From an uncultured Planctomycetia bacterium (GTDB taxonomy: Bacteria > Omnitrophota > Gorgyraeia > Duberdicusellales > 4484-171): a stretch of DNA of 64,000 bases. The notes under the pieces were generated by a model, which was not told where the DNA came from, ran no database searches, and was given only the letters and a program-made list of their open reading frames with translations. Position numbers and translations under genes: made by a program. The stretch lies in the NCBI GenBank assembly GCA_964635565.1, contig CAZWON010000005.1, forward strand, positions 17,736 to 81,735, read 5' to 3'. Shown one piece after another: positions 9,339-19,966 of this stretch. The first letter of the stretch is position 1. Each line of letters begins with the position of its first letter.

Positions 9339-10331
9339 TTAATTAGATGAAACTTTGATATTAAATTTACTTTCTCTCCTCTTTATATTATATAAATAAA
9401 AAGCTAATCCTGCAACTACTGCTGCGTTATCACAAGAAAGATGAGGAGGAGAAAGAAGTAAATTTAATCCGTTCTTAACTGAAGCTGTCTTTAGAAGTTC
9501 TCTTAACCGCCGATTAGCAATAACTCCCCCTCCACATACTAATGTTTTTATCTTATATTGCTTTGCTGCTAAAATTGTATTATAAACAATAACTTTTGCT
9601 ATGCTTTCTTGAAAAGAAGAAAGCAATTTAACTTTTAACTCTTCGGATAACATTCTTTTTTTCTTAAACTCACTCTTTTTATATATAAGAGCGGTTTTTA
9701 TTCCGCTAAAACTAAAATCTAAACCTAAACGCCCACACTTAAACTCAAAACAATCCTTATATTTTTTCTCAAATATCTTATCTATATACACTCCTCCTGG
9801 ATATCCTAAACCAAAGGCTCTGGCTACCTTATCAAATACCTCTCCTGCAGCATCATCTCTAGTCCTTCCAATACACTTTACTCTGTCAAAATCACGTACT
9901 AAAAATAACCCTGTATGACCGCCCGAGACAACAAGACCAATAAAAGGAAAAGGAAAGTTTATGTTATTATTTAAAAAGGGCGCATAGAGATGCGCATAGA
10001 GATGATTAACACCTACTAATGGCTTACTCAATACTAAGCTTAATGCTTTTGCAAAATTTACCCCCACTACTAAAGCTCCTGTAAGTCCTGGCGTATACGT
10101 GAACCCTATCACACCTATTTTCCGCAAATCTATATTAGCTTCCTTAATAGAAGTGTTTAAAACTTTGTCAATAAATTTTAAATGATTCCGTGTGGCAATC
10201 TCAGGAACAATGCCTCCATAAATCTTGTGAAAACGCAATGAGGAGACGACAATATTAGAAAGTACTCTTCTCTTATCAACGATAGCTACTGAAGTATCAT
10301 CACATGAACTTTCTATTCCTAAGGCATACAT
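9339..10331 (-). CDS. tsaD: tRNA N6-adenosine threonylcarbamoyltransferase
   Basis: LGIESSCDDT, GGIVPEIA, HxxxH, VSGGHT, DDAAGEVFDK, FSFSGIKT, DNAAVV. Confidence 0.96.
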   Translation of the reverse strand: MYALGIESSCDDTSVAIVDKRRVLSNIVVSSLRFHKIYGGIVPEIATRNHLKFIDKVLNTSIKEANIDLRKIGVIGFTYTPGLTGALVVGVNFAKALSLVLSKPLVGVNHLYAHLYAPFLNNNINFPFPFIGLVVSGGHTGLFLVRDFDRVKCIGRTRDDAAGEVFDKVARAFGLGYPGGVYIDKIFEKKYKDCFEFKCGRLGLDFSFSGIKTALIYKKSEFKKKRMLSEELKVKLLSSFQESIAKVIVYNTILAAKQYKIKTLVCGGGVIANRRLRELLKTASVKNGLNLLLSPPHLSCDNAAVVAGLAFYLYNIKRRESKFNIKVSSN

Positions 10332-10332
10332 A

Positions 10333-11571
10333 TTATTGGGGGCTGGAAGATAATATAAGCAACCCTCTAATTAAATCCAACGCTCTTATTATCTGATAAT
10401 CTTTTCTGTAATCAAATTCTTTTTTATCCTTTTTCAACTCTTCAAAAATATCTTCTTTTTTCTCTATCTTTTCTTTAGCAACAATGATATCAGGGGTTAT
10501 TCCTTTCTCATGAATACTATGCCCCTGGGGAGTGTAATATTTTGCAGTAGTAAGTCTTATAGCGGAACCGTCAGAAAGAGGAATTACTGTCTGAACAGAA
10601 GCTTTTCCAAAACTTTTCTCTCCCAAAATAATTGCTCGCTTATTTTCTCTCAGTGCTGCCGCTACTATTTCGCTTCCTGAGGCACTTCCTTTATTTATTA
10701 TCACTACCATAGGAATCTCTAAATATTTTTTCCCTAAAGGTAAAGATTTATACTCTATCTTCTCCCCACTGCGTGGCTTAGTATAAACAATCAACTTACC
10801 TTCTTTAAGAAATCTGCTGGCTACATCTACTGCAGAGTGTAATAATCCCCCTGGATTATTCCTTAAATCAAGAATCAAAGCCTTCATTCCTTGCTTTTTG
10901 AGTTTCTTTAATGCTTTATCTAAATCCCTTGCAGTAGTCTCTCTAAACTCGGCTAAACGTATATAACCTACTTCATCCTCTAAAATTATTGCCCTTTTTA
11001 TATCTTTTATCTTAATAACACCCCTTGTAACAGTAATATTTTCAATTTTCCTATCCTTCTCTCTTAAAACTGTAATAGTAACTTTTGTACCTGGTTTACC
11101 TCTCAGTTTTTTTACAGCCTCATTAAGAGTAATTCCTTTAGTTAGTTTTCCATCAATTTTTACAATTATATCTCCAGGCTTTAGTCCTGCCCGCCAAGCA
11201 GGTGTATCTTCAATAGGAGAAACAATAGTAAGAAGTCCATCCTTTATAGTAATTTCAATCCCTAACCCTCCAAATTTACCTTCTGTTTCCACGAGAAGTT
11301 CTTTATATTCTTCAGGGTCAAGAAACTGGCTATAAGAGTCTAAAGACAAAAGCAATCCGCTTATTGCTCCATATATTACATCTTTAGGAGAAAGTTCTTC
11401 TACATATTTTTTTTGAATAACAGCCAGTGCTTCTCCGAACAAATCCAATTTTTTATATATTTCATCTTTATTAACGGGAGCTTCACTTTTTACTTCACCA
11501 CAAAATCCTTTTAATGCAAATGATGCTACAAATATTCCTGTTAAAATAATCAAAATAAATCTTCTTCTCAT
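10333..11571 (-). CDS. ctpA: S41 family C-terminal processing peptidase with PDZ domain
   Basis: GKFGGLGIEI, ILDLRNNPGGLL, SASGSEIVA, GKASVQ, LTTAKYYTP. Confidence 0.93.
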   Translation of the reverse strand: MRRRFILIILTGIFVASFALKGFCGEVKSEAPVNKDEIYKKLDLFGEALAVIQKKYVEELSPKDVIYGAISGLLLSLDSYSQFLDPEEYKELLVETEGKFGGLGIEITIKDGLLTIVSPIEDTPAWRAGLKPGDIIVKIDGKLTKGITLNEAVKKLRGKPGTKVTITVLREKDRKIENITVTRGVIKIKDIKRAIILEDEVGYIRLAEFRETTARDLDKALKKLKKQGMKALILDLRNNPGGLLHSAVDVASRFLKEGKLIVYTKPRSGEKIEYKSLPLGKKYLEIPMVVIINKGSASGSEIVAAALRENKRAIILGEKSFGKASVQTVIPLSDGSAIRLTTAKYYTPQGHSIHEKGITPDIIVAKEKIEKKEDIFEELKKDKKEFDYRKDYQIIRALDLIRGLLILSSSPQ

Positions 11572-11591
11572 TCTCTCCTCCTTTCTAAGAG

Positions 11592-13013
11592 TTACTCTTT
11601 TTGTTTCAATTTCCGCTCTATTAATTCTCTTACTACCTTAGGGTTGGCTTTGCCTCTGGTTTTCTTCATAACCTGCCCTACTATAAACATCACTGCTTGC
11701 TGTTTACCGCCAAGATAATCATTTACCGCACGTTGATTTTCTTTAAGAGATTCTTCGACAAAAGCAATAAGCTCATCTTCCTTTGATACCTGAGATAAAC
11801 CTTCCTCTTCAATAATCTCATCGATAGGTTTGTTATTTCTGATAGATAAAGCTAACAATTTCTTTGCCGCTAAATTATTAAGCTTTCCCTCCAAAAAATA
11901 CTGAACTATCTTAGAAAAATTATAAGGACTAAGCTCAACCTTATCCATTCCTCCTTCTAAAGAATTAACCAACTCCAAGAAAGGTCCTAATATCCAATTA
12001 GCAATACTTTTGGGCTGAAATAACTGCTTATTAGCCTCTTCAAAAAAATTAGCTAAAGATAAATCGGAGATTAAAATGTCTACCTCTTTATCACTTAAGC
12101 CGTACATCTTAATAAATCTTTCTCTTTTAGCTACAGGAAGTTCAACAATGTATTCTTTTTGGCTTTCAATCAATATATCGTCTACAATAAAATCTCCTAA
12201 GTCTGGTTCGGGAAAATATCTGTAATCGTGGGCTTCCTCTTTTGTGCGCATAATAAAGGTTTTCTGTTTTATCTCATCCCACAAACGTGTCTCTTGGAAG
12301 ATATTCTTTTTATTCTTTAAACAATTTATTTGCCTTTGGGCTTCATAAGAAAGAGCGTTTTTTACTCCCCTAAATGAATTCATGTTTTTCAATTCTACCT
12401 TTGTGCCCAATGATTCTGAACCTTTCTTTTTTACAGAAATATTGGCATCGCATCGCAAGAATCCTTTCTCCATATCGCAACTTGAAACACCAATATACTG
12501 AATAGTCATTTTAAGATAATTAAGGTAGCTAAACGCCTCTTCGGGACTACTAATATCAGGATGGGTAACTATTTCCAAAAGAGGAATCCCCGCACGATTA
12601 AAATCGACCAAAGAATATTTTTCTTTATGAATGAGCTTTCCTGCATCTTCTTCTAAATGAATTCGTTTTATCCTTATCTTTTTAGAGGAAGGTAAAACTA
12701 AAAATCCTTCTTCTCCTAAAGGAAGTTCATATTGAGAAATTTGATAATTTTTTGGTAAGTCAGGGTAAAAATAGTTCTTCCGCTCAAAATATATTCTTTT
12801 GTTTACTCTACAATTTAAAACACAAGCAACTCTTACTGCTAATTCCAAAGCTTTTCTATTAAGAACCGGTAAAACTCCTGGATATCCACAACAGATAGGA
12901 CAAATATTTGTATTAGGAGAACTTTCAAAATCAGTGGGGCAACTGCAGAATATTTTCGACTCAGTAGCAAGCTGGACATGCACCTCTAAGCCAATTACAA
13001 TTTCATATTCCAT
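11592..13013 (-). CDS. gatB: Asp/Glu-tRNA amidotransferase subunit B (start moved to ATG 13013)
   Basis: IGLEVHVQL, RKNYFYPDLPK, LEEDAGK, RCDANIS, DYRYFPEPDL. Confidence 0.97.
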   Translation of the reverse strand: MEYEIVIGLEVHVQLATESKIFCSCPTDFESSPNTNICPICCGYPGVLPVLNRKALELAVRVACVLNCRVNKRIYFERKNYFYPDLPKNYQISQYELPLGEEGFLVLPSSKKIRIKRIHLEEDAGKLIHKEKYSLVDFNRAGIPLLEIVTHPDISSPEEAFSYLNYLKMTIQYIGVSSCDMEKGFLRCDANISVKKKGSESLGTKVELKNMNSFRGVKNALSYEAQRQINCLKNKKNIFQETRLWDEIKQKTFIMRTKEEAHDYRYFPEPDLGDFIVDDILIESQKEYIVELPVAKRERFIKMYGLSDKEVDILISDLSLANFFEEANKQLFQPKSIANWILGPFLELVNSLEGGMDKVELSPYNFSKIVQYFLEGKLNNLAAKKLLALSIRNNKPIDEIIEEEGLSQVSKEDELIAFVEESLKENQRAVNDYLGGKQQAVMFIVGQVMKKTRGKANPKVVRELIERKLKQKE

Positions 13014-13014
13014 A

Positions 13015-14451
13015 TTAACCACCAACTAAAGGAGGAATTCTTTTATGATAATCTGTCCTTTGCTGGAAAGTAAATCCAATTCTTATAAGGGTTTCCTCAT
13101 CAAAAGGTCTACCAATAAGTTGGGCCCCTATAGGCAGATTTGTCTTGGTAAACCCACAGGGAAAAGAAACCGCACAAATACCTGCTAAATTAGCAGAAAT
13201 TGTATAGATATCAGACAAATACATACTCAAAGGATCATCTACTTTTTCTCCCAGTTTAAAAGCAGGAACAGGAGATGTAGGAGTTAAAATCGCATCTACC
13301 GATAAAAAAGCATCCTCAAAGTCTTTTTTAATCAGTGTCCTTACCTTGGAAGCTCTAATGTAATAAGCTTCATAATATCCACTAGATAAGCTATAAGTCC
13401 CAATAAGAATTCTTCGTTTTGCTTCTCTACCGAATCCCTCCTTACGGGTATTTTTATACAAAGAGAGCAAATCTTCATTTTTTTTACACATCCCATACTT
13501 TATTCCATCAAAACGTTCTAAATTAGAACTTGCCTCTGAAGGTGCAATAATATAATAAGTAGCCACAGCATATTGTGTGTGAGGCAAAGCGATTTCTACA
13601 ATTTTCGCTCCCTCTTTTTCTAATAACTCTGCTGTTTCTCTAACAGCTTTCTCTACTTCTGAATCTAAACCTTCCCCGAAATACTCCCGGGGAAGACCAA
13701 TGCGTAGCCCTCTAATATTATCTATCAATGACTTAGTAAAATCAGGAACATTTTTTTTAGAAGTAGTGGAATCATATTCATCAAAACCACAGATTATATT
13801 AAGCAGATGGGCACAGTCAACAAAATTAGTAGTAATGGGCCCTATTTGGTCTAAACTCGACCCAAAAGCAATGAGACCAAACCGCGAGACTCTGCCATAC
13901 GTGGGTTTAAAACCGACTACCCCACAAAAAGATGCAGGCTGGCGAATAGATCCTCCTGTGTCAGAACCTAAAGCAAAAGGGACCAGTCGGGCCGCTACTG
14001 CTGCTGCTGAGCCTCCGCTGGAACCTCCGGGAACACACTCTAAATTCCAAGGATTACGTGTTGGCCCATAGCAAGAGTTTTCTGTAGAAGAACCAAAGGC
14101 AAACTCATCCATATTAGTTGTTCCAATAATAGAAAGCCCTTTATCTTTCAAGGCTCTTATGACAGTGGCATCATAGACCGCATTATGGGAGTTTAAAATC
14201 TGTGAAGCACAAGTTATCCTTTTCCCTCTAATGCAAATATTATCTTTAATGGCAATAGGAACACCACAAAGAGAGGATTCTTTTGACTCTCTAACAGGGT
14301 TAGAATATATTTCTACAAAACTGTTTATATGTTTATCTAATTTCTGAATTCTCTCTTTAAAAAATGAAAAAACTTCCTCTTCAGAAATTTTAGTTTCTTT
14401 TATCTTTTGGGAAATCTCCCATCCGTGTAAATCTAAAAGCTCTAAGCTCAT
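13015..14451 (-). CDS. gatA: Asp/Glu-tRNA amidotransferase subunit A
   Basis: IAIKDNI, NMDEFAFGSSTE, PGGSSGGSAAAVA, GSDTGGSIRQPA. Confidence 0.97.
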   Translation of the reverse strand: MSLELLDLHGWEISQKIKETKISEEEVFSFFKERIQKLDKHINSFVEIYSNPVRESKESSLCGVPIAIKDNICIRGKRITCASQILNSHNAVYDATVIRALKDKGLSIIGTTNMDEFAFGSSTENSCYGPTRNPWNLECVPGGSSGGSAAAVAARLVPFALGSDTGGSIRQPASFCGVVGFKPTYGRVSRFGLIAFGSSLDQIGPITTNFVDCAHLLNIICGFDEYDSTTSKKNVPDFTKSLIDNIRGLRIGLPREYFGEGLDSEVEKAVRETAELLEKEGAKIVEIALPHTQYAVATYYIIAPSEASSNLERFDGIKYGMCKKNEDLLSLYKNTRKEGFGREAKRRILIGTYSLSSGYYEAYYIRASKVRTLIKKDFEDAFLSVDAILTPTSPVPAFKLGEKVDDPLSMYLSDIYTISANLAGICAVSFPCGFTKTNLPIGAQLIGRPFDEETLIRIGFTFQQRTDYHKRIPPLVGG

Positions 14452-14744
14452 TCAATTATTTTAGGAACTTTAAAATGATTATCTTCTTGGGCAGGGGCAT
14501 TCTTTAACATATCAACAAAATAATCTTTTCTTTCTGCGGTATCGGAACGGAAAATATTTGTCTCGCTAAATCCTCCCCGTGTAGGCACAACGCTATCTAC
14601 ATTAAGCTCCTTTAACTTATCAATATAACCAATAATTTTTGATAATTCGTAAGTTAAACGTTCTTTTTCTTTGTTATCAATGTCAATGCGTGCCAAATGA
14701 GAAACATACTCTACTATTTTTTTATCAACTACATTATGGGACAT
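14448..14744 (-). CDS. gatC: Asp/Glu-tRNA amidotransferase subunit C
   Basis: V.HLARI, L.ELNV, NAP..ED.HFKVPKII; precedes gatA. Confidence 0.93.
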   Translation of the reverse strand: MSHNVVDKKIVEYVSHLARIDIDNKEKERLTYELSKIIGYIDKLKELNVDSVVPTRGGFSETNIFRSDTAERKDYFVDMLKNAPAQEDNHFKVPKIIE

Positions 14745-14994
14745 TTCTCCTGAAAATACTTCTCTTGATAAATATTATATCTTCTTTGAGAAATACCTCT
14801 TTTCCTCAGAAATTAACTCTCTATCTGTAGATTTTGATTATATCTTAAAAAAAAGATAATGCAACTTAAAACTTTTATAGCAATAGCGCCAAAAATATGA
14901 AGAAAATGGTTTCCTCTCGCTATTTCATTAAAGAATTTTTTAGTTATCCCTTTGGGAAACGCCAAAAAACTATCATTTCCTGAATCTTAATTTT

Positions 14995-15720
14995 TTATTT
15001 TAATTGCTTGCTAATGGATAAGAAAATTGTTTTAAGTAATTGGACTTCATTCTTAGTTAAATGTGTTCTTAAAAAAATTCTTTTTAAAGAAGAAATAGTG
15101 GTTTTTGCAATTTTATTTTTCAAATCGGTCTTTTTAAGAACACTATCTATCAATACAAAAAGACTCTCAATATCTTCTTTTTTGACTAAATCCAAAAAAT
15201 CGACATATAACATATCTATCAAATATTCAAAAATTTTATAACAAACAATACCAACCGAAGATGCTAAATTGTAAGAAGAAAAGGAAGGATTTGCGGGTAT
15301 ATAAAACAGACTATCACAGCAATCTATTTCTTCTTTAGAAAGACCAAAATTCTCCTGGCCAAAAATAATACTTATAGGATACTTTTTGGCTACAGCAGCT
15401 ATAAAAGGTAAAATATCTTTAAAATTATATATAAACTTATATTTTCTTCTTCTTTTTGTTGTACCAAATACAAAATAAGATTCCTTTAAAACGCTTTTTA
15501 AATCCTCCGCCAATTTTGCTTTCTCTAATATATCACGGGCGCGCTTAGCTACTTCAAAAGATTTGTGGGTTAAATTGGGTCTTACTAAACAAAAATTATT
15601 AAAAGATGTGTTTTTAAGGATTCGAGCACATAAACCTATATTTTCAGGAATTTGGGGAGATACAAGAACAATATTGATATTCTTAAGAATATTTTCTTTA
15701 TCGGAAGTTAATACGCACAC
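14995..15720 (-). CDS. TrmJ/LasT-like SPOUT RNA methyltransferase
   Basis: IVLVSPQIPENIGLCAR, IFGQENFGLS, IPANPSFSSYNLASSV. Confidence 0.85.
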   Translation of the reverse strand: MCVLTSDKENILKNINIVLVSPQIPENIGLCARILKNTSFNNFCLVRPNLTHKSFEVAKRARDILEKAKLAEDLKSVLKESYFVFGTTKRRRKYKFIYNFKDILPFIAAVAKKYPISIIFGQENFGLSKEEIDCCDSLFYIPANPSFSSYNLASSVGIVCYKIFEYLIDMLYVDFLDLVKKEDIESLFVLIDSVLKKTDLKNKIAKTTISSLKRIFLRTHLTKNEVQLLKTIFLSISKQLK

Positions 15721-15919
15721 TCTTTTCTTCTAAAAATTTAAACATCTTCTTAAGTTCGCTCTCCTCGCCCTCAAAACGAACAATTGCCCATCCCATTTCT
15801 GTAGAAAAAGATGCCTCCATTATATTGGGAATTACCTTAAAATGTTTAATAATATAGTAAAATATAGGCTCATTTTTTAAACTTCCTGGGATAATAAGCT
15901 CTACCTCTCTTCCTTTCAT
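15698..15919 (-). CDS. Stand-alone NIL-domain protein
   Basis: EPIFYYIIKHFKVIPNIMEA...GWAIVRFEGE pattern, 73 aa, SD GAGGTG. Confidence 0.75.
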   Translation of the reverse strand: MKGREVELIIPGSLKNEPIFYYIIKHFKVIPNIMEASFSTEMGWAIVRFEGEESELKKMFKFLEEKSVRINFR

Positions 15920-15988
15920 TGATTATCACCTCTCTAATTTTATCAGATTACAACAAGTATGCCAATTACTCTTTTTAAAGAGAAAAAA

Positions 15989-16034
15989 TTGACCATTCCT
16001 TAACTTGACACATCCTTTTGACACATCCTTTTGA
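15989..16034. repeat. 13-bp direct repeat TTGACACATCCTT (2 exact tandem copies plus TTGA, and one degenerate upstream copy)
   Basis: 16005-16017 and 16018-16030 identical; TTGACCATTCCTT at 15989-16001. Confidence 0.8.
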
Positions 16035-16106
16035 AAGTTAAATGTAAAGTTAACCTTTTCCTTTACTGTGAAAGCAATAAAAGTAAAGGATAAAAAAGAA
16101 GCGAAG

Positions 16107-17258
16107 TCATTTTAACCATAACATTATTCCTGCCAAACCTAAAAAGAACCATCCCAAACTTGCTTTAATTATCCCTAAGTTTTTTTTCAAAAATCGATTA
16201 AAGTGCTGGGAAGTAAATCCAAACAACGCAAGAGAAAAGATAATTATAAGAGGAAAAATAAACATAATGTTATAAAGAATAAGATAGAAAAAAGCTTTAA
16301 GCCGTAGATAAGGAATTTTCAATATAAAGACGATGGTAGGAATATAAACCTGTCCCGTACAGGCTGCCTCTAAAAGAGAAACTCCTACGCCCACTATAAA
16401 AGAAATAACACATAACTCTATTATACGGGTATAATTTTTATTACGTAGCCCCTTACCAATAACAATATTGACCTTCTTTTTTAAAAACATAGGTAGTTGT
16501 AGAATCATCCCTTGAGAACTCTGGGATTTTTTATACTTAAAAAAATCATAAAAAGAAAGCATAGCAAGCATAAGACACATTATTGCTACTATATAATAAA
16601 ATATTTTCATAAAAATATAAAAATGACTTACAGAATACAAAAAGCTGAACACTCCCAATCCAATAAGAACATAGGTTATAAAAACACTTAATATATAGAA
16701 GATACCTACGTATACCATCTCTTTTTTATTATAACCATAGACAGTAAGAAAAGATATAAAAAACACTATTACAGCAAAAGCACAAGGATTTATCCCATCA
16801 AGTAGCCCCCCACTGATAATAGTAAGAATAGAAAGGCTTTTAAATTTTTCTATCAAGTTTACCCCCGAAAAGAAATAAGGAAGGATTGTCTGTCTTTTAG
16901 AATATTTCTCAATCAATGCTTCTAAATTTTCTTCAATCTCTTTCACGCCATTTAGAAAAGCGTTGCCGATAAATATTGTAGGGACAACTGCTTTCTTTTT
17001 GGGAAACTGTTCGGCAAGACCTACCAAAACACTTAAGTTTTCTGGCTTATCAATATTAAGAGTTTCCAGGATTAATCTATCTTTGTATTTTTCTAATATT
17101 TGAGGTAAAAATTCTTTTTTTAATCTTGCGCAGGCGCCGCAATGAGAAGAATAGAAAAGTACTACCCTAAGCTTTCCTTCATCTTTGGCAAATGCACTTA
17201 TGCTTGTTGTAAAAAAAAGTAATAAAAAGGCAATTGTACTTTTTCTTATACTTTTCAT
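16107..17258 (-). CDS. Thioredoxin-like CxxC domain fused to a CcdA/DsbD-like transmembrane domain
   Basis: Signal peptide, FYSSHCGAC, VPTIFIG, DGINPCAF, LEAACTGQVY. Confidence 0.82.
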   Translation of the reverse strand: MKSIRKSTIAFLLLFFTTSISAFAKDEGKLRVVLFYSSHCGACARLKKEFLPQILEKYKDRLILETLNIDKPENLSVLVGLAEQFPKKKAVVPTIFIGNAFLNGVKEIEENLEALIEKYSKRQTILPYFFSGVNLIEKFKSLSILTIISGGLLDGINPCAFAVIVFFISFLTVYGYNKKEMVYVGIFYILSVFITYVLIGLGVFSFLYSVSHFYIFMKIFYYIVAIMCLMLAMLSFYDFFKYKKSQSSQGMILQLPMFLKKKVNIVIGKGLRNKNYTRIIELCVISFIVGVGVSLLEAACTGQVYIPTIVFILKIPYLRLKAFFYLILYNIMFIFPLIIIFSLALFGFTSQHFNRFLKKNLGIIKASLGWFFLGLAGIMLWLK

Positions 17259-17321
17259 TATATAAAAATTATATCAGAAAAATATTGATGAAAAAATATA
17301 AAATATTACAATAAGTATAAG

Positions 17322-19964
17322 ATGGTTTATAATTTTATTGATAACAAGGGAACTTTTAAAGTTAAAAATGCACACCTATATCCCTATCTCTATCTTCCCC
17401 TTACTAACAGAAATGGTACCCTCTTAAGCTCAATAAGTCCAAAGTTAGCAGGAGACATAAAAAGAGACAATGGCCATTTTTTAACACCTCCCGCAAGTAT
17501 CGAAGATATAAAACACAATCTCTTATGCCGAAGGGATTTCTTCCTAATGTTTTCTAATTCTAAAAAACTACTCCGTATATCCGAACATAAAAAAAGTTAT
17601 CTTGAAATTGGTATGCTTTATCAGAAACTTATAAGCATGCATCCTCAGGTTAAGATTATTACAACCAACTTCATCCCTCCAAATTTAGATGCAGAGGTTA
17701 TGTGGATAAAGATAAAAAATCTGACAAAAAAGAATATTTCCTTTACCCCAACCTCCTTTCTTCCTCTCTATGGTAGAAGTGAAAAAAATTTACACGATCA
17801 TAGGCATGTGACTTCTCTCCTTAACCGCATATATTTTAAAAAATACGGCGTTATATTAAAACCAACCCTTTCATTTGATGAAACAGGTCACCATCTAAAT
17901 AAAACTTCTTATTTTGTCCTAGGATACTTAAACAACTCAATACCGCCAATAGGTTTCTTCCCCACCTTAGAGAGTTTCTGCAAAGAAACAGGGACGTTAT
18001 TAATGCCAAAGGCAGTAATTAATAATCTTCCTAGTTATAAGAAAAAACAGAAAATATTTGATGGTAAAGAGTGCTGTGCTGCTTTAAGATTCAAACGCAT
18101 TATTCTTAAGCCATTAAAAGAAGTAAATTTTATTCTCATAATGGGAATTACCGATAAAGAAGAAACTATTGCTAGAACTTTCTCTGCACTAAATACAGTA
18201 GAGAAGATAAAAAAAACATTAGAAGAAACAAAAAAATACTGGCAAATGGTTGTTGCTCACCTGGAAATTTCATTTGGTAATCCGGATTACGACAACTGGA
18301 TTAAATGGGTAATATTACAGCCAACTTTACGTAAACTTTTCGGCTGTTCATTCCTGCCTCATTTTGATTATGGTAAAGGGGGGAGGGGATGGCGAGATTT
18401 ATGGCAGGATGCTCTAAATCTATTACGTATAGAGCCAGATAAAACACATAAACTCATTCTTCGTAACTTCTGTGGTGTCCGTATCGATGGGTCAAATGCA
18501 ACTATTATTACCAAAGAGAATAATTTTATCTCTGACCGCAATAAAATCTCCCGTGTGTGGATGGATCATGGGGTATGGCCTTTTCTTATCTTAAAGGAAT
18601 ATATTAACACAACAGGTAATTTAAAAATCCTTCTACAAAAAAGCTTTTACTACCGTGACCATCAGATAAAACGAGCAAAAGAGCTCGACTATAATTTTGT
18701 TCCTAAAGATAACACTTTAAAGACAGGTGATAACAAAACTTATAAAGGAAATATTTTAGAACATCTTCTCGTTGAACTTCTTGTGCCTTTTTTTAATGTG
18801 GGCAAACATAATTTTATTCGTTTAGAAAATGCGGACTGGAATGACGGATTAGATATGGCTAGTGATGATGGTGAGAGTGTAACTTTTAGTTGTATGTATG
18901 CTTATAATTTAGAAGAATTGGCTTTTCTGTTAGAAAAATTTACTAAAACACATACTTATGTAGAAATATTTAAAGAACTTACTATTCTTCTTGATAGATT
19001 AACTAAATGCCCTATAGATTACAATAACCCCCAGAAAAAACAGACTCTTCTTAACAGATATCTTGAGAAAACAAAATACACTATCACAGGGAAAACCTAT
19101 AGAATTTCCCTTAAATCTTTGATTTATGATTTAAAAGAAAAAGCCCATTGGCTTAAAAACCATATCCGTAAATATGCCTGGTTAAAGGAAGGTTTTTATA
19201 ACGGTTATTACGATAATAAAGGCAAAAGAGTTGAAGGCAAAAAAGGGAATATAATAAGAATGCTACTTCCTTCTCAAGTATTTGCCATTATGAGTGGGGT
19301 AGCTACACAACAACAAATAAAGAGTATATGGGAATCCATAAAAAAATATCTTTACGATAGAAACCTAAAAGGCTATCGTTTAAATACTGATTTCCACTAC
19401 TTATATATGGATTTAGGGCGTGCCTTTAGTTTTTCTTATGGAGATAAAGAAAACGGTGCTTTTTTTAACCATATGATAGTAATGCTTGCCTTTTCTCTTT
19501 ATAATCGGGGGTTCGCCAAAGAGGGAAATAAAGTTTTTACTACTCTTTATAAAATGGCTACAGCCAAAAAAGCAAAAATATACCCTATGCTTCCAGAGTA
19601 TTTCAACGCCCAAGGGCAGGGATTATATTTCTATCTCACTGGTTCAGCAAGTTGGTATATATATACCTTAATGAACAAAATCTTAGGGATACAATTTCTC
19701 TTTGGAGATATGATTATCAATCCTCAACTTACTCCAGCAAACTTTTTCACCAACAAAATTTCTTGTATCTTCCAATGGAAAAACAAAAGAATCAATATAA
19801 CTTATACAATAAAACATAAAAAAGCTGAAGTGTATAAAATCCATGAGGCATATTTAGAGGGTAAAAAACTTACTCCTACGAGAAATAAAATAGTCATTCC
19901 TAAGAATATTTTCTCTCTGCTTTCTTCTAAAAAAAACTATCTTATCGATGTTTTTCTTCAATAA
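17322..19964 (+). CDS. GH94 glycoside phosphorylase, laminaribiose-phosphorylase-like
   Basis: DYGKGGRGWRDLWQD, WMDHGVWP, ENADWNDGLD, GESV, KENGAFFNHM, YLTGSASW. Confidence 0.8.
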   Translation: MVYNFIDNKGTFKVKNAHLYPYLYLPLTNRNGTLLSSISPKLAGDIKRDNGHFLTPPASIEDIKHNLLCRRDFFLMFSNSKKLLRISEHKKSYLEIGMLYQKLISMHPQVKIITTNFIPPNLDAEVMWIKIKNLTKKNISFTPTSFLPLYGRSEKNLHDHRHVTSLLNRIYFKKYGVILKPTLSFDETGHHLNKTSYFVLGYLNNSIPPIGFFPTLESFCKETGTLLMPKAVINNLPSYKKKQKIFDGKECCAALRFKRIILKPLKEVNFILIMGITDKEETIARTFSALNTVEKIKKTLEETKKYWQMVVAHLEISFGNPDYDNWIKWVILQPTLRKLFGCSFLPHFDYGKGGRGWRDLWQDALNLLRIEPDKTHKLILRNFCGVRIDGSNATIITKENNFISDRNKISRVWMDHGVWPFLILKEYINTTGNLKILLQKSFYYRDHQIKRAKELDYNFVPKDNTLKTGDNKTYKGNILEHLLVELLVPFFNVGKHNFIRLENADWNDGLDMASDDGESVTFSCMYAYNLEELAFLLEKFTKTHTYVEIFKELTILLDRLTKCPIDYNNPQKKQTLLNRYLEKTKYTITGKTYRISLKSLIYDLKEKAHWLKNHIRKYAWLKEGFYNGYYDNKGKRVEGKKGNIIRMLLPSQVFAIMSGVATQQQIKSIWESIKKYLYDRNLKGYRLNTDFHYLYMDLGRAFSFSYGDKENGAFFNHMIVMLAFSLYNRGFAKEGNKVFTTLYKMATAKKAKIYPMLPEYFNAQGQGLYFYLTGSASWYIYTLMNKILGIQFLFGDMIINPQLTPANFFTNKISCIFQWKNKRINITYTIKHKKAEVYKIHEAYLEGKKLTPTRNKIVIPKNIFSLLSSKKNYLIDVFLQ

Positions 19965-19966
19965 AT

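Noticed and set aside
14880-14975. Possible structured RNA or riboswitch upstream of gatC
   Set aside because: Short stems only, no recognisable aptamer or T-box consensus, and it lies upstream of the likely gatC promoter.
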